Shown: one piece after another, positions 62,585 through 64,000 of the stretch
Position numbering within the stretch: position 1 is the stretch's first letter
How the letters are laid out: each line of letters begins with the position of its first letter
IMG/VR virus record: IMGVR_UViG_3300037245_000806
Location: 32,001-96,000 of that record
Origin: a virus
Reading direction: 5' to 3' (one strand)
DNA: 64,000 nt
Made by a program: the position numbers and the translations under genes
Notes under the pieces: model-generated
Database searches by the model: none
Told to the model about the DNA's origin: nothing
The model's input: the letters and a program-made list of their open reading frames with translations, nothing else

Positions 62585-64000
62585 TTACTCGTCAAGTGCC
62601 GGGTCGGCTGCCTCGATCTCCTCTTCCGTCGCAGGTCTGACCTCTCCCGTTGGTGACACAACGTCACTGCCGCACTCGACGCACTTCGCGACGGTAGTCA
62701 GATTGAGGAATGCAATCGATGCACTTGAGCAATGCTCGCACCGAACCTCAGCCATGATGGGGCCGACGTCCGCGCACTCCTCTTTGCCTAGCCCGAGCAT
62801 GTTCTTGAACACTGCGGTGACAAGCTTGTAGTAACGCGAGCCATCACCACCCTCATCCTTGGACTTCTTGATATCCGGGTACTGCTTGTTGACCGCAGCC
62901 TGCGCCTTGCCCCACAGCTTGATCGCTTCATTCGCTGTCTTGCCCGCCTTGCGTGCGAGCGCCTTCATGTGCGTGGGCTCTTTCACCTTGCCCGCGCCGG
63001 GATAGGTCGTGGAAAGCTGGGCTTCGGTCACGCCCTCGACGGCTTCACCCAACGCCTTGAGCACCTTCGTGAGATGCCACAGGCCGATCTTGATATTGGA
63101 CGCGGAGACGAACGTGTCACGTAGTGTTTTCCCGTCACCCTTGGCCGCAGCATCGAACTTATTCACGAGCGCGACAGGGAGCGACCTCGTGAACGTGAAC
63201 ACGAGACGACCCTTACTGTCCACGACCCACTTGTCCCACGCGACGTTGTTCTTCTTGAGCCACCCGATCATCTTGTTGATGACCTTCTTGGCAGCCGGGT
63301 GCTTGTCCAAGTCGTCCTGCGTGTAGCCCTTGTCAGCTTCGTCCACATCTTCCTTGACCGTGAAGCCCTTGCCCTTCTTGAGGCCGTGCTTGGCGAGCGC
63401 TGGCAGCAGGTACTTCATGTGCTTCTGCTGGACGATCACGTAGTGGGTTCCGTCCGTGTCCTTCCGCATCCCGCTCGCTGTCTGCGAACTGATGACCGCA
63501 GCGATGTCGTCGGCCTTCTGCTTCGAGAGCTTGCCGAACTCCAAGGTCACCGCAGCCTCATCGAGGTCTTCCGTCTTGATATCCTTCGCACGATCCGCCA
63601 GCCCCTTGGCACCCTTGAGCGTAGGGTGAGAGCCGATGTCCTTGATGACCTTCTTGCCCTTCAGGATGACAACCCCGAACTGGTCCTGATGCGGCACCGG
63701 CTTGGGGTATCGCAGGAACACAACGCCGCCGCCTGTCTTCGCCCGGTACACGATCTTCTTGCCGGGGGCGTAGTCCTCTTCGAGGTCTTCGGACTCGGCA
63801 ACCTTCTTGATCACCGTGGCAGCCTTACGTGCGTTGTCGAACTTCTGGCCCTTCGCTTCGAGTTCGCCCTGCTTGCCACCCACCCACGCCTTGCCCGTCC
63901 ACACCTCGCGCGGATTGGCAATCGACCCCGACTTCCGGCGCACGAGAATAACTTCAGCGTACCCGGTCGCGGAAAGCTTGAGCGTCATGTACTCGTAGTC
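62585..64000 (-). CDS. Basic multi-module protein (5' end outside the window), putative processed internal head polyprotein
   Basis: Frame is open to the window edge; ESEDLEE, EDLDE, EDVDE and VTE linkers; ChaB-like helical module; C-terminal CxxC..CxxC. Confidence 0.7.
   Translation of the reverse strand, partial: DYEYMTLKLSATGYAEVILVRRKSGSIANPREVWTGKAWVGGKQGELEAKGQKFDNARKAATVIKKVAESEDLEEDYAPGKKIVYRAKTGGGVVFLRYPKPVPHQDQFGVVILKGKKVIKDIGSHPTLKGAKGLADRAKDIKTEDLDEAAVTLEFGKLSKQKADDIAAVISSQTASGMRKDTDGTHYVIVQQKHMKYLLPALAKHGLKKGKGFTVKEDVDEADKGYTQDDLDKHPAAKKVINKMIGWLKKNNVAWDKWVVDSKGRLVFTFTRSLPVALVNKFDAAAKGDGKTLRDTFVSASNIKIGLWHLTKVLKALGEAVEGVTEAQLSTTYPGAGKVKEPTHMKALARKAGKTANEAIKLWGKAQAAVNKQYPDIKKSKDEGGDGSRYYKLVTAVFKNMLGLGKEECADVGPIMAEVRCEHCSSASIAFLNLTTVAKCVECGSDVVSPTGEVRPATEEEIEAADPALDE

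Noticed and set aside
241-63998. Numerous plus-strand ORFs, some over 400 aa (e.g. 2496..3743, 8441..9787, 26186..27388, 35141..36835, 59761..61026)
   Set aside because: They are antisense shadows of well-supported minus-strand genes in GC-rich DNA, with no recognisable motifs.
1-64000. Alternative genetic code (stop-codon reassignment)
   Set aside because: Core genes are full length in the standard code, and TAA, TAG and TGA all serve as stops.

Overview
This 64 kb window is part of a large, GC-rich, T4-superfamily-like myovirus (jumbo-phage-like). Essentially every credible gene is on the minus strand. In transcription order (right to left): (1) 58-64 kb, basic multi-module proteins with repeated prohead-protease-type cleavage motifs, plus a DUF6527-like gene; (2) 46-58 kb, fibre/spike, chaperone and membrane genes; (3) 29-46 kb, an accessory region of small genes including MazG-like, DUF3326-like, Gp88-like and PD-(D/E)xK proteins; (4) 12.8-29 kb, putative internal-head proteins, a zeta-like kinase, two ParB-methyltransferases and a ~2,580-aa Nudix/HipA-like kinase/ART-like polyvalent protein; (5) 0-12.7 kb, the core morphogenesis operon (protease-scaffold, major capsid, neck, tail terminator, sheath, tube, gp26-like). 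No portal, terminase, tRNA, CRISPR array or integrase was seen. The most unusual observations are: three neighbouring unrelated proteins (30.9-34.4 kb) sharing a C-terminal tag, two of which look stitched together from short motifs of core phage proteins while the third is a tail-tube paralogue; a 15-bp palindrome GTRACACWGTGTYAC at seven or more gene boundaries; and capsid-type polyproteins carrying HiPIP-like, SH3-like, wHTH-like and ART-like modules. All family calls are by-eye motif recognition; no searches were run.
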